From Candidatus Doudnabacteria bacterium (GTDB lineage: Bacteria; Patescibacteriota; Doudnabacteria; UBA920; O2-02-FULL-48-8): 64,000 nt of DNA. Shown here piece after piece: positions 52,540-63,016 of the stretch. The stretch is from the NCBI GenBank assembly GCA_025450105.1, contig JANWIA010000024.1, positions 229 through 64,228 on the forward strand, read 5' to 3'. Under the pieces are notes generated by a model. That model worked only from the letters and a program-made list of their open reading frames with translations. It had not been told where the DNA came from and ran no database searches. How positions within the stretch are numbered: the stretch's first letter is position 1; every line of letters begins with the position of its first letter. Both the position numbers and the translations under genes were made by a program.

Positions 52540-53457
52540 CTAAACAAAGATCTTTGAATCAAGATTCTTTAATCCGTTGAGGAAGTCGCTGCCAGGCATT
52601 GCGGTTTTTCCTTCCGGCAGGACCTCTAGAATTTTCAGACTGTAATCTGAACATTTAACTAGTAAATCGTTTCCAATGCGGTAAATTTTTCCGGGCAGTT
52701 CAATTTTATTATCCTGTAAAACTTCGGCCCGGATAATTTTTACGGTTTTGTCATCGAGCTTGCTCCACGTTCCTGGTTCTGGATTGAGGGCTAGGACTTG
52801 CTGCTGGATTTCCTTGGCGGGTTTGGTCCACTCAATTCGCGCATCGTCCTTGCTGATCAATTTTGTAAATGTAGCACGAGAATGGTCTTGTGGAGTTGGC
52901 TCGCGCCGGCCGCTAATATATTTGGTAAGAATTTCTGAAGCGTTCTTAGCGGCCAGTTCTGAAAGTCGCTTATGAAGTGCAACAAAATTTTCCTTTGGCA
53001 ATATTTCTGTTTTGACGATACCGATGACCGGACCGTTGTCCATTTTTTCATCCATTTTAATGAATGTAATGCCGGTTTCTTTTTCGTCGTTGAGGATTGC
53101 CGCCTGAATGGGACTGGCACCGCGGTACTTGGGTAAAATGGAACCATGGATATTTATAGAGCCGCGCTTAGGTGTTTCGAGTACGGATTTCGGAATGATT
53201 TGTCCGTAGGCCGCGACAAGCATGACATCGGCCTGGACCTCGGCAATTTTTTCTTTGACCTCCGCAATTTTTTCTGGCTGCACGACAGGGATGTTGTTTT
53301 TTTGGGCCCAAACTTTAATCGGTGGGGGAGTTAAGACTTGTTTCCGTCCAAACGGACGATCCGGTTGGGTAATAACTAGAACAATCTCAAAACTACTCTT
53401 GAGGTTTTCAAGAGTAGGGATTCCAAACTCAGTTGTGCCGGCAAAAATAAGTTTCAT
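52540..53457 (-). CDS. fmt: Methionyl-tRNA formyltransferase
   Basis: Formyltransferase N-terminal and C-terminal domains are present. Confidence 0.88.
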   Translation of the reverse strand: MKLIFAGTTEFGIPTLENLKSSFEIVLVITQPDRPFGRKQVLTPPPIKVWAQKNNIPVVQPEKIAEVKEKIAEVQADVMLVAAYGQIIPKSVLETPKRGSINIHGSILPKYRGASPIQAAILNDEKETGITFIKMDEKMDNGPVIGIVKTEILPKENFVALHKRLSELAAKNASEILTKYISGRREPTPQDHSRATFTKLISKDDARIEWTKPAKEIQQQVLALNPEPGTWSKLDDKTVKIIRAEVLQDNKIELPGKIYRIGNDLLVKCSDYSLKILEVLPEGKTAMPGSDFLNGLKNLDSKIFV

Positions 53458-53466
53458 ATTGTTATG

Positions 53467-53943
53467 TTACATCTTCTCATCCGGGTCGCCCGGAGTTTGT
53501 CTGGTCATTTTAGAAGTAAATAGAATTCCATCGAGGTGGTCGATCTCATGTTGGATTACTCGCGACAGCAAGCCGTCGGCTTTAAAGGAAATTTCTTTAC
53601 CGTCTAAATTTTGAGCGTCAACCGTAACTTTTTCCGGACGTTTTACCATTCCGTAAATTCCGGGGATGGACAAGCAACCTTCTTCCATTTCTACCTTGCG
53701 CCAAGATTTCTTTGTGATTTTTGGGTTGACCAGCGCAAACGGCGGCAAGCCTATGTGCTCAAGATTAATAATGCACAGACGGATAGATTTACCCACTTGG
53801 GGCGCCGCTAATCCAATCCCATTTGCTTTGCGACAAGTAGAAAGCATTTCCGCGACCAATTCAACAGTTTCTTGGTCGATTTTTTTAAGGGGTGAAGTTT
53901 TCTTGTTTAAAATTGGATCTGGTACGGTAACGATTTTAAGCAT
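53467..53943 (-). CDS. def: Peptide deformylase
   Basis: The motifs GIGLAAPQVG, EGCLS and HEIDHL are present. I took the start at MLKIVTV. Confidence 0.88.
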   Translation of the reverse strand: MLKIVTVPDPILNKKTSPLKKIDQETVELVAEMLSTCRKANGIGLAAPQVGKSIRLCIINLEHIGLPPFALVNPKITKKSWRKVEMEEGCLSIPGIYGMVKRPEKVTVDAQNLDGKEISFKADGLLSRVIQHEIDHLDGILFTSKMTRQTPGDPDEKM

Positions 53944-54199
53944 TGGCTTTATGTTCAGTGTTAAATTGTTTGACCTTGAAGGCAAATAGCCGACCAGGAT
54001 TTTCGACTTTCTTTTCCAGAACCTCACCCGCCAAGCGGCGTAAAACTTTATGATCTGTTCGTGTGGCAATCCCCAAATAGAATTGAAAATTCTCAGGTTC
54101 GTTAAACATCAAGCGAAGTTCGTCTGCGAGCAAATGGGCAGGGGAGTGAAGCTTCGGAGATTTTTTGATTTTCTGGACGTAGTCGCCTTTTATTTCCAT
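53936..54199 (-). CDS. Hypothetical small protein (87 aa)
   Basis: The ORF lies upstream of def and overlaps its start by 8 nt. Confidence 0.35.
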   Translation of the reverse strand: MEIKGDYVQKIKKSPKLHSPAHLLADELRLMFNEPENFQFYLGIATRTDHKVLRRLAGEVLEKKVENPGRLFAFKVKQFNTEHKANA

Positions 54200-54240
54200 G
54201 TCACCAGTATACCAAAAACATGCTATAATTTAAAGGATTT

Positions 54241-54771
54241 ATGAGATTATTTTCCGCGATTCCAATTCCAGAAGAAGTAAAAAATAAGTTGATTGAAATT
54301 ACACGGGGCAAATTGCCGGTGCCGTACCTTAGCCTTACCAACGCTCATATTACTCTAAACTTTTTTGGAGAGCTTGATTCTGATAAAACCAAGTTTGTTA
54401 CTGAACAATTTGCTGTTGCTGCAAATGGCCATAAGAAATTTAGAATCGAATTTGATAAAATCATCAGATTTCAGCACCAACTTCATTTAACTGTTAAGCC
54501 AACAAAGGATTTAAAGGAGTTACAGTTGAATTTACAGGAAGCATACGAGAGAATTGGTTTTAAGTTTCAGGATCGGGAATATTATGCCCACGTGACTTTA
54601 GCCAGAATGCATTTGGATAACCATATGTTTCGCGACAGAAAAGTTGAAGCTTTTGATAACGAATTACTAGGCCAATTAACTTTTGATGCAGACCGGGTGA
54701 TATTGTACGAAAGCAAATTATTGTTGCATCATGCACACCACATACCTTTAATTGAAGTTCCATTAAGTTAA
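54241..54771 (+). CDS. thpR: RNA 2',3'-cyclic phosphodiesterase (2H family)
   Basis: Two H-x-T-x motifs are present (AHITLNF and AHVTLAR). Confidence 0.8.
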   Translation: MRLFSAIPIPEEVKNKLIEITRGKLPVPYLSLTNAHITLNFFGELDSDKTKFVTEQFAVAANGHKKFRIEFDKIIRFQHQLHLTVKPTKDLKELQLNLQEAYERIGFKFQDREYYAHVTLARMHLDNHMFRDRKVEAFDNELLGQLTFDADRVILYESKLLLHHAHHIPLIEVPLS

Positions 54772-54774
54772 TTT

Positions 54775-55581
54775 ATGAGAGTTGATGTTGCCGGCGTTTT
54801 TGTAGACGCAATCACAAAACAAGAAACATTAAATATAATTTCTGAATATGTTGCTTCAGGGCAACCCCATTTAATTGTAACTACATATTCGGAATTTGTT
54901 GTTTTTGCGAGCAAGGATTCTGAATACCAAAATGTTTTAAATTCAGCGACGCTTTCTTTGCCTGATGGAATTGGGATTCTGTGGGCGGCAAAATACCTCA
55001 GCTTGAGCACTTCCAATAGATTTCAAGCACTTGGGCAAATTATATATTCCGGTGCCTCGCTGATTTTTAACCCAAGTTATTGCCGTACTGTAATTCCAGA
55101 AACAGTAACAGGCAGCCGGTTAGTTTGGGATATTGCTCAACAAGCATCAGAGAAGAATTATTCATTAGCTCTTGTAGGTGGAACAAACGGTGTTGCTCAA
55201 ACCGCTGCCAACGAACTGAAAAAGAAATATCCAAATTTGAAAGTTAAGTTGGCTGTTTCTGATAATAAGTTCGATCAGGAAACAGTTAACAGGATCGCTT
55301 CAAGTAATTCTGATATACTATTAATTGCTTACCAGCCGCCGCTTCAGGAAAAATGGCTGACACAGAATTTGAATCAATTTAATGTTAAGGTCGCCATAGG
55401 CCTGGGCGGGACGTTTGATTATCTCGCAGGCAAACGTTTGTCGGCGCCAAAATTTATTAGCACAATTGGTTTGGAATGGCTATGGCGTTTGATCACCCAA
55501 CCATGGCGTATTGTTAGAATTTGGAACGCAATTATTGTTTTTATAAAAATAGTTTATCGTTATAAGATCATAAAAACATGA
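54775..55581 (+). CDS. WecB/TagA/CpsF family glycosyltransferase
   Basis: The sequence shows family similarity. The length is 268 aa. Confidence 0.75.
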   Translation: MRVDVAGVFVDAITKQETLNIISEYVASGQPHLIVTTYSEFVVFASKDSEYQNVLNSATLSLPDGIGILWAAKYLSLSTSNRFQALGQIIYSGASLIFNPSYCRTVIPETVTGSRLVWDIAQQASEKNYSLALVGGTNGVAQTAANELKKKYPNLKVKLAVSDNKFDQETVNRIASSNSDILLIAYQPPLQEKWLTQNLNQFNVKVAIGLGGTFDYLAGKRLSAPKFISTIGLEWLWRLITQPWRIVRIWNAIIVFIKIVYRYKIIKT

Positions 55582-57065
55582 GCAAAACAGTTCGAACTAG
55601 AATGGCGCCGTCGCCAACTGGATTTTTACACATTGGTGGTTTGCGCACCGCACTTTTTGATTATTTATACGCCCGTAAAACCGGCGGCAAGTTTGTTTTA
55701 CGGATTGAAGATACTGATCGCCAGCGATTAGTAGAAGGAGCCTTGGAAAACATTGTCCAATCGCTGCATGATTTTGGAATCGAAGCAGACGAAGGTTTCT
55801 ATTGGAAGAATAAGATTGACCAGCGCGGTGAACATGGGCCGTACATGCAATCAGAACGTTTAGATATCTATGCCAAGCACGCCCAAGAATTAATTGATAA
55901 AAGGGCAGCGTACTATTGTTTTTGTACTTCCGAGAGATTGGCAGAACTGCGCAAATCCCAGGAAGCACAGAAGGTTCCGCCAAAGTACGACAAACACTGT
56001 TTGAATTTGCCAAAGGATGAGATTGATCAGAAAATACAGAACAATGAGCCGCACGTGGTTCGTTTGAATGTGCCCACTGGCCAGCAGATTGTTTTTGAAG
56101 ATGTAGTTCACGGGAAAATTGAAATTTCTTCCAATGATGTCGATGATCAAGTCTTGCTCAAGTCCGACGGCTTTCCAACCTATCATCTAGCAGTTGTGGT
56201 TGATGATCATCTCATGGAAATTACCCATGTCATCCGTGGTGACGAGTGGATTCCGTCCACACCAAAACACATTTTGCTGTACCAGGCATTCAGATGGGAA
56301 TTACCAGTCTTCGTTCATCTACCATTACTGCTTTCCAAATCCCGTAAAAAACTTTCTAAGCGTGACGGCGACGTTTCGGTAAAAGATTTTTTGGCGCAAG
56401 GATACTTGCCGGAGGCTCTACTGAACTTTGTCGCATTCCTTGGCTGGAATCCAAAAACCGAGCAGGAAGTTTTTAGTCTCAAAGAACTTGTAGAAAATTT
56501 TGATCTGGAAAAAATCAACAAGTCCGGCGCTGTCTTCGACTTGGACAAGCTCGATTGGATCAATGGGCTTTATATCCGAAAAATGGATACGGAATTGCTT
56601 TTGGAAAAGCTGGTGCCGTATATGGATCATGATATGAAGGTTTTTCCAAAGGAATTTTTTATCAAAATTGTTTCCCACGAAAAAAAAAGGTTAAAGAAGT
56701 TATCCGAAATAGGGGAGAGGGTAGGCTATTTCTTTAAGCAACCAGAATATGAAGGGGAGTTATTGGTCTGGAAAAAAGCGGACAAAAACGATGCTAAGGA
56801 AAAAATTTCCAAATTAATTGAAGTAATAAATTCAGTTGATGAAAAAATACTAGCTGATGCAAAACAGTCAGAAACTTTTTTCAAAAACTTTATCAATGAA
56901 AATAAACTTGATACTGGCGCGGTCCTCTGGCCTCTTCGTGTTGCCCTTTCGGGTCGCCAGGCCAGTCCGGGTCCGTTTGAGTTAATGGAAGTTTTTGCGA
57001 CATTAAAAAATGGTCGCGATGAAATTATTTCCCGATTAAATTTCGCTCTCAAGTTACTGTCTTAA
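55578..57065 (+). CDS. gltX: Glutamyl-tRNA synthetase
   Basis: The HIGG motif and a KMSKS-like LSKRDG are present. Confidence 0.92.
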   Translation: MSKTVRTRMAPSPTGFLHIGGLRTALFDYLYARKTGGKFVLRIEDTDRQRLVEGALENIVQSLHDFGIEADEGFYWKNKIDQRGEHGPYMQSERLDIYAKHAQELIDKRAAYYCFCTSERLAELRKSQEAQKVPPKYDKHCLNLPKDEIDQKIQNNEPHVVRLNVPTGQQIVFEDVVHGKIEISSNDVDDQVLLKSDGFPTYHLAVVVDDHLMEITHVIRGDEWIPSTPKHILLYQAFRWELPVFVHLPLLLSKSRKKLSKRDGDVSVKDFLAQGYLPEALLNFVAFLGWNPKTEQEVFSLKELVENFDLEKINKSGAVFDLDKLDWINGLYIRKMDTELLLEKLVPYMDHDMKVFPKEFFIKIVSHEKKRLKKLSEIGERVGYFFKQPEYEGELLVWKKADKNDAKEKISKLIEVINSVDEKILADAKQSETFFKNFINENKLDTGAVLWPLRVALSGRQASPGPFELMEVFATLKNGRDEIISRLNFALKLLS

Positions 57066-57107
57066 GTCTTTACTAACAGCCCGTTTTGTGGTAGAATATA
57101 CCTACTT

Positions 57108-58403
57108 ATGTTCTACACTACGAAACAAAAACTAAATACCAAAAGAATAATTGTTTTCATGCTAGGTTTAAGCCTAGCTTTTGGCTTTTTACCGAGTGTT
57201 GCAGGACAGACAAATGATTTACTAGCCAAACTTCGTCAAGAGAAACAACAACAGCTGGATAGTTTGAATAAAAAAATCAGCGACTACCAGACTCAGATTA
57301 AACAACGTCAAGCAATTGCCGGTTCGTTAAAGAACGAGCTTGGAATTCTTGATTTACAAATATCCCAAACAGAAGCACAAATTGAGGCTACTAACGCCCA
57401 AATTGATGCGACCAACCTTGATATTGCCGAAACCACTGACCAGATTGTTAAAACTCAACAACAGATTGATAAGCAAAAAGTTCTGCTTAAGAATTTGATT
57501 GGCCAGATTAACGAGCTCGACCAAATGTCGCCATTGGAAATTGCCCTTGAGAATGATAACTTCACGGAATTTTTGGACCAGCTCCAATACACAACAAATG
57601 TCCAAGAGCGAAGCCAAGAAGTCTTAAATGAAATCAAAGTCCTCAAAACCCAGTTGGATCAAAAGAATCTCGATCTGAAGAAACAAAAGGCTGATTTGGA
57701 CAGTTATAAGGAATCATTAGAGGTTACTGAAGACAGTTTGGCCAAGCAGCGTAAGGATAAGGCTGCTATTTTGAGCCAGACGCGTGGCCAGGAAGCGGCA
57801 TACCAAAAACTTCTGACTGATTCAGAAAAACTAGAAGGACAACTGGAAAAAGAAATTAACGATTTAGACAGTCAGATTGCCGGCAAACTTGGTGACCGCA
57901 AGCAACGACCAGTTAAAGGACTGTTTGCATGGCCAATGGATGGTGTCCTAACTCAAGGTTACGGCAACACTGGATTTACCTCGCTTGGTTATAATTTCCA
58001 TAATGGTATTGATATTGCCGCCCCAGCTGGTACGACAATTTACGCAGCAGCAGATGGAGTCGTGCTTGGAACAGGTTCGGGTAACGGCGCCTACGGAAAC
58101 TGGGCCACCATTAAGCACACCTTAGCCAACGGTCGTGGTCTGGTGAGCTTATATGGTCACATGAGCAAGGTTGCGGTCCGGGTCGGTCAATCGGTTAAGC
58201 AAAATGATATTGTTGGTTACGAGGGCAATACCGGAAATACCACTCGCTTGCTTTATGGTCCACACCGTGGTTATCATTTACACTTTACCGTCTTTGATCT
58301 GGAAGGCTATGGCGTTGCTGCTGGAACTCTAACAAAAATTTATGGACCATATCAGGTTCCATACGGTGCAACTTATAATCCACTAGAATACCTCAACAAG
58401 TAA
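57108..58403 (+). CDS. M23 family peptidase with N-terminal coiled-coil (EnvC-like)
   Basis: A signal/transmembrane segment is followed by Q/L-rich coiled-coil and a C-terminal LytM domain (HNGIDIAA ... GHMS). Confidence 0.8.
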   Translation: MFYTTKQKLNTKRIIVFMLGLSLAFGFLPSVAGQTNDLLAKLRQEKQQQLDSLNKKISDYQTQIKQRQAIAGSLKNELGILDLQISQTEAQIEATNAQIDATNLDIAETTDQIVKTQQQIDKQKVLLKNLIGQINELDQMSPLEIALENDNFTEFLDQLQYTTNVQERSQEVLNEIKVLKTQLDQKNLDLKKQKADLDSYKESLEVTEDSLAKQRKDKAAILSQTRGQEAAYQKLLTDSEKLEGQLEKEINDLDSQIAGKLGDRKQRPVKGLFAWPMDGVLTQGYGNTGFTSLGYNFHNGIDIAAPAGTTIYAAADGVVLGTGSGNGAYGNWATIKHTLANGRGLVSLYGHMSKVAVRVGQSVKQNDIVGYEGNTGNTTRLLYGPHRGYHLHFTVFDLEGYGVAAGTLTKIYGPYQVPYGATYNPLEYLNK

Positions 58404-58451
58404 ATTATTTTCCCCTGCCCGATAGGGAAGTGGTCAGCAAAAACCAAAATC

Positions 58452-58485
58452 CGACCAAGCAGGTCGGATTTATTTTTTGTAAAAT
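58452..58485 (+). terminator. Intrinsic terminator AATCCGACC-aagca-GGTCGGATT plus T-run
   Basis: The hairpin is perfect. Confidence 0.8.
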
Positions 58486-58667
58486 AGTACCGCGCGGATT
58501 TTACGATAACAATATTATGAGTCAGAATAGGTTGTCGTAACAATCCGCGCAAACTTATGCGATGCTTACTAATTATGCTTTAAATACGGTAAGCGTCGCA
58601 TAAGTGCCATTGTGCGACTAGCTCCTATTCTCGATTCTTTGGGCTGTTTAACCACTTCCCCTTAGGT
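58486..58667 (-). promoter_or_regulatory. Structured 5' leader of dus with nested long inverted repeats
   Basis: CTTATGCGATGCTTAC pairs with GTAAGCGTCGCATAAG (16 bp, 1 mismatch). GCGCGGATTTTACGATAACA pairs with TGTCGTAACAATCCGCGC. Confidence 0.4.
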
Positions 58668-59669
58668 CTAATCACCTCTGTTGAGCTCTATTGGGTCGAG
58701 TTTAGGTACCTCTATATCCGGATAATACTTCTGTGTTGTATTAATAACTTCCTTAGCGGATTTTGTTTGGAATAATTCGTTACGTAATTCTTTGGCGCCA
58801 TCGAATCCGGTTACATAGGCTTTATAATGTTTTTTCATGACATCAAAGCTCTTGCGGCCACTAAAAAGCGATTCAAACAGTAAAGTGTGCTCAAGCATGA
58901 CCTCAAGTTGGGTCTTTAAGGACACCCGATCCTTACCTTGAGTCCGGTTAAAGACCCAAGGGTTGCCAAAGATGCCTCGACCGATCATTATCCCATCCAG
59001 TTCATACTCTTTGGCCTTAGCTTCGGCCTCGGCTAAATTTTGGACATCGCCATTGCCCAAAACTAAAATATTTTTATTTATTAATTTAATTAATTTAGCT
59101 CCCTCACCAATTATGTCCCAATGCGCGGGGACCAAGGACATTTCTTTACGGGTTCGGCCGTGGATGGTTATAGCAACCGGCTCGGCTTCAGCCAGATTCT
59201 TGAGCCAGTCTAAAGTTACTTGGTTATACCCTATCCGCGTTTTTACAGAAACCGGCAAGTTAGGGGCGCCGCGCTTTGTTGCCGCAATAATTTCTTTGGC
59301 TAAATTAAATTCTTTTATTAATGCCGCACCGCCACCTTGTTTTTCGACTTTGCGGTCGGGACAGCCCATATTGATATCAATGCCATCAAAACCGAGTTTG
59401 GCGATGAGTTTGGCGACCTCTTCAAAGTTTTGAGGTTTGGACCCGAAGATCTGAGCAATAATCGGTCTCTCCCCTTCGGTATACCAAAAATCGGTCAGTA
59501 ATTTTTTCCGTCCCTGTTCCGAACACAAGCCGTCGACAGAAACAAATTCCGTCCAAAAAATATCTGGTTTGCCATATTTGGCAATTATAAACCTAAAGGC
59601 CGCGTCTGTAACGTCGGCCATTGGTGCGCAAACAATTATTGGTTTTTTTAATTTGGACCAAAAATTCAT
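58668..59669 (-). CDS. dus: tRNA-dihydrouridine synthase
   Basis: A Dus TIM-barrel signature is present, including the catalytic Cys region. Confidence 0.88.
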   Translation of the reverse strand: MNFWSKLKKPIIVCAPMADVTDAAFRFIIAKYGKPDIFWTEFVSVDGLCSEQGRKKLLTDFWYTEGERPIIAQIFGSKPQNFEEVAKLIAKLGFDGIDINMGCPDRKVEKQGGGAALIKEFNLAKEIIAATKRGAPNLPVSVKTRIGYNQVTLDWLKNLAEAEPVAITIHGRTRKEMSLVPAHWDIIGEGAKLIKLINKNILVLGNGDVQNLAEAEAKAKEYELDGIMIGRGIFGNPWVFNRTQGKDRVSLKTQLEVMLEHTLLFESLFSGRKSFDVMKKHYKAYVTGFDGAKELRNELFQTKSAKEVINTTQKYYPDIEVPKLDPIELNRGD

Positions 59670-60844
59670 TAAAGAGTTTTAATTGCTTCGATTAGTTGGT
59701 CGAGATCTTTGGCGCTGTTAGATTTGGCGATTGAGACGCGGACCGTGGCCGCTTCCCTATCAGTGATTTTTCCTAGAGCATTAATAACATGACTTGGTTT
59801 GGTTGATCCGGAAACGCAGGCGCTGCCGGTAGAGACGGCAATTCCCGCCAAATCGAGCTTGGCAATAACCATTTCCTGGTCTTTGTTGAGAATGGAAAAA
59901 TTAAGGATGTCCGGACAAGATTGTTCTAGATCAGTTGAGCCATTAATGTCGATTAGATTAAACTGTTTCAATCCTTCCAGTAATTGAGATTTCATTTTGC
60001 GAATTGCATTACCAGATGCTTGGCGATCTTCCAATGAGCCCAAATTCTCATAAGCCTTGGCCATGCCAATGATTCCGGTGGAATTTTGGGTGCCGGGTCG
60101 TAAGCCGTATTCCTGGGATCCGCCGAATACCAAATTGGCGAGCTTGGTGCCGGACTTAACGTATAATCCGCCAATCCCCTTTGGTCCATTAATTTTGTGT
60201 GCAGAAAAAGTTAACAGATCAATGCCCAATTTTTGCACATTTAGGTTATAGTGCTTGACCGCTTGTACTGCATCGGTGTGAAAAATAATTTTGTAGTGAC
60301 TGGATTTATTGACGTCCACCAGTTGCTTGCCCAGCTCCCGAATTGGCAGGACCGTTCCAATTTCATTGGAAACAAAGATAAGGGAAATCAAAACAGTGTT
60401 ATCTTTGATTTCCCGAATTATTTGGTCGGCGGTGATTAACCCGTCTTTTGTGGGTTTGATATAACTCGCTTCAATAATCCCCTTTTTTTCCAGTTCCTTA
60501 ACGGTGTTATAAACGGATTGGTGTTCCAACATTGTCGTAATTACATGCGGCTTCATGTTGTAGGCAGAAACGTATTCAGAAACAACTCCTTGAATAGCCA
60601 AATTATTTGATTCAGTGGCACCGGAAGTAAAAATTATTTCTTGGGGCTTACACGAAAAAAAAGCTGCCAAGTTTTGCCTGGCAAAATCAATTTGCGCCCG
60701 AGCTTCCTGCCCTTCGCGGTGAATTGAGTTCGGGTTGCCAAAGTAATGAGCCTCGAATTCGGTTATAGCCTTACTCACCGTCTTGTCGATTGGGGTAGTT
60801 GCGGCGTTGTCTAAATAGATGCGTTTGGTCTTCATAAATCCCAA
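59669..60844 (-). CDS. Cysteine desulfurase (class V aminotransferase, IscS/NifS-like)
   Basis: The PLP-Lys region FSAHKINGPKG and an active-site Cys loop are present. Confidence 0.88.
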   Translation of the reverse strand: MGFMKTKRIYLDNAATTPIDKTVSKAITEFEAHYFGNPNSIHREGQEARAQIDFARQNLAAFFSCKPQEIIFTSGATESNNLAIQGVVSEYVSAYNMKPHVITTMLEHQSVYNTVKELEKKGIIEASYIKPTKDGLITADQIIREIKDNTVLISLIFVSNEIGTVLPIRELGKQLVDVNKSSHYKIIFHTDAVQAVKHYNLNVQKLGIDLLTFSAHKINGPKGIGGLYVKSGTKLANLVFGGSQEYGLRPGTQNSTGIIGMAKAYENLGSLEDRQASGNAIRKMKSQLLEGLKQFNLIDINGSTDLEQSCPDILNFSILNKDQEMVIAKLDLAGIAVSTGSACVSGSTKPSHVINALGKITDREAATVRVSIAKSNSAKDLDQLIEAIKTL

Positions 60845-60880
60845 CTATTTTAACAGATTTTGCTTTGTTCGGCTATTCTC

Positions 60881-61276
60881 CTATCTTCCCGATTTTCTAA
60901 AGCCGGCCGCCACGGCCTGCTTCTCATTATCAAAACAAATTTCAGCGGCAACACGTTTGTAAAAGCTGCCGGTTGGAATATGGTAAACGCGATCATTCCC
61001 ACTACCAAGGTTGCCTTTGATTTTACCGTTGCATTCACCATCAACAGATAATTGCACTAAAAGTGGTTCCGGCTTGCCCGAAGCGTTTAAGTTTGATTGC
61101 ACTTCGGCTAAATTTTCGCTATTATTTGGAGGCGAAAAGACTTCTTCAATGCGGATCGGTTCAGTGTTTTGGTCCGGGTAGATTTTTCCCAAAGCAAAGC
61201 CAAAAATTAGGACGCAAACGTATCCGATTGCAAGAATTATTGTTTGTTGATGTTTTTTTAGATCATTTAATGTCAT
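60881..61276 (-). CDS. Membrane-anchored hypothetical protein with C-terminal YH-x-P-x-G-x-FY ... AAGFRKS motif
   Basis: There is an N-terminal transmembrane segment. The family assignment is uncertain. Confidence 0.4.
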   Translation of the reverse strand: MTLNDLKKHQQTIILAIGYVCVLIFGFALGKIYPDQNTEPIRIEEVFSPPNNSENLAEVQSNLNASGKPEPLLVQLSVDGECNGKIKGNLGSGNDRVYHIPTGSFYKRVAAEICFDNEKQAVAAGFRKSGR

Positions 61277-61290
61277 AGACTTTAAGGAGG

Positions 61291-62691
61291 TTGAAAGTCG
61301 TTTTTTATTTTATGCAATACGCATTTATATTGGGACGGGTCTATACCCTATCTTTGGCCGAATTAATCGCGGTCTTTAAGATTATGGGTGTGGAATTTAA
61401 AATTTTGGCCTGCGCCCCAGAAGTTATCGTTTTAGAAACAAATAAGGCTTTGGATGTTAAGATCCTGCAGGCTCGCTTAGGCGGCGTCATCAAGATTATA
61501 AAAATTTTAGATATTTTTCAGAAAAAAGGAAAAGAATATCCGTCACAGGTTTTAGAAACATATTTCAATTTCAAGCGCATCAATAAAGATTTTTTTACCG
61601 AATACTCAGGTAAGAAGCAATTTGGTGTATCTATCTACAATCTCGATCCAACTGTGCGCTTTAAGGAAGAAGCCCAGCGGATCGCGTTTTTTATTAAGAA
61701 AATTTTGCAGGATGAATCGCAAAGCGTCAGGGCGGTTATTGCCCAATTCCCTTCTCAGGCCTTGTCATCGGTTCTCGTTAACGAAAACCACTTGCTGACC
61801 AAAGGGGCGGAAATCGTTATTATTTCCGGCAATCAAAAACTGTTCGTCGGTAAAACCATGACTGTGCAAAATTATGAGGATTATGGCCGCCGCGACTATC
61901 AACGTCCAGCCCGTGATGAACGCACGGGTATGGTTCCACCAAAAGTCGCCCAAATCATGATTAATCTTGCCGGTAACTTCAAACCGCTTGATTATATCCT
62001 TGATCCCTTCTGCGGATCCGGGACAATTTTGCAGGAAGCAACCTTGATGGGGTACCGGGCTGTTGGCTCTGATTTGGATAAAAAGGCTGTGGAAAATTCC
62101 GAAATTAATTTGGAATGGTTCCGAAATCGCTACCATGTTGCACCTGGCCGATACAAACTTTTTCATTCCCATGCCGCGGAAATTTCCCTGCAACTGCCAA
62201 ACTACAAAATTTCGGCTGTGGTCACCGAAGGAACCTTGGGTCCAATCTATGGTAAGGTCCCTAAGAAACCGGAAATGGTTGCTAACTTTAAGGGCCTATC
62301 CAAACTTTACGACCAAGTTTTTAAGGAATTTGCCAAGTTCCTGTCCCCTGGCAGTAGAGTGGTCATGTGTTTGCCTGCATATAAAGTCGGCCATGTTGAT
62401 TATGCCTATATGCCCGATCTTGACTTTGCGACGCAAAATGGGTATACTGTTCAAGCTCCAATTAGTTCAGAAATCAAGACTAAGTATAAGTTTTTGAAAG
62501 TCACTGAGCGCAATTCCATTGTCTATGACAGGAAAGATCAAATTGTAGCACGGGAGATTATTATTTTTCAAAACGGTCCATCTGTGGATGAATCGGAACC
62601 CGCTTCCCTTGTCGAGGAAGCCCAAAACACTAATTCGGAAACTGCATTAGCAGATGTTAGCTCATCGAAGGCAGAATCCGATAACACCTAA
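61291..62691 (+). CDS. Putative SAM-dependent RNA/DNA methyltransferase (DPFCGSGT motif I) with N-terminal extension
   Basis: Motif I is [14 protein letters not shown]. The start is uncertain. The TTG at 61291 abuts the SD, and the ATG at 61312 is an alternative. Confidence 0.55.
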   Translation: MKVVFYFMQYAFILGRVYTLSLAELIAVFKIMGVEFKILACAPEVIVLETNKALDVKILQARLGGVIKIIKILDIFQKKGKEYPSQVLETYFNFKRINKDFFTEYSGKKQFGVSIYNLDPTVRFKEEAQRIAFFIKKILQDESQSVRAVIAQFPSQALSSVLVNENHLLTKGAEIVIISGNQKLFVGKTMTVQNYEDYGRRDYQRPARDERTGMVPPKVAQIMINLAGNFKPLDYILDPFCGSGTILQEATLMGYRAVGSDLDKKAVENSEINLEWFRNRYHVAPGRYKLFHSHAAEISLQLPNYKISAVVTEGTLGPIYGKVPKKPEMVANFKGLSKLYDQVFKEFAKFLSPGSRVVMCLPAYKVGHVDYAYMPDLDFATQNGYTVQAPISSEIKTKYKFLKVTERNSIVYDRKDQIVAREIIIFQNGPSVDESEPASLVEEAQNTNSETALADVSSSKAESDNT

Positions 62692-62696
62692 CTTCA

Positions 62697-62978
62697 ATGG
62701 CACATAAGAAAGCCGGCGGTTCAACCGCCCTTGGCCGCGATTCTCAATCGAAGCGACTCGGAATCAAATTGTTCGGCGGCCAGCAAGCTAAAATTGGTAA
62801 CATCATTGTTAAACAACGTGGTACCAAATGGCACCCAGGTAAAAATGTCCGAATCGGTGGCGATGATTCTATCTACGCTGTCGCAACCGGAACCGTAAAA
62901 TTTACTAGCAAGAAAGTTAAAGGATTCGACGGCAGTTTGCACTTACGAAAGTTTGTCCACGTTCTCCCAACAAAGTAA
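62697..62978 (+). CDS. rpmA: 50S ribosomal protein L27
   Basis: The sequence is the characteristic L27 [10 protein letters not shown] ... GNIIVRQRGTK. Confidence 0.92.
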   Translation: MAHKKAGGSTALGRDSQSKRLGIKLFGGQQAKIGNIIVKQRGTKWHPGKNVRIGGDDSIYAVATGTVKFTSKKVKGFDGSLHLRKFVHVLPTK

Positions 62979-62980
62979 AT

Positions 62981-63010
62981 TTAAAAACAGCCCAAGCGGG
63001 CTGTTTTTTT
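62981..63010. terminator. Bidirectional intrinsic terminator AAAAACAGCCC-aagc-GGGCTGTTTTTTT
   Basis: The hairpin is perfect. Confidence 0.8.
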
Positions 63011-63016
63011 GTGTGT

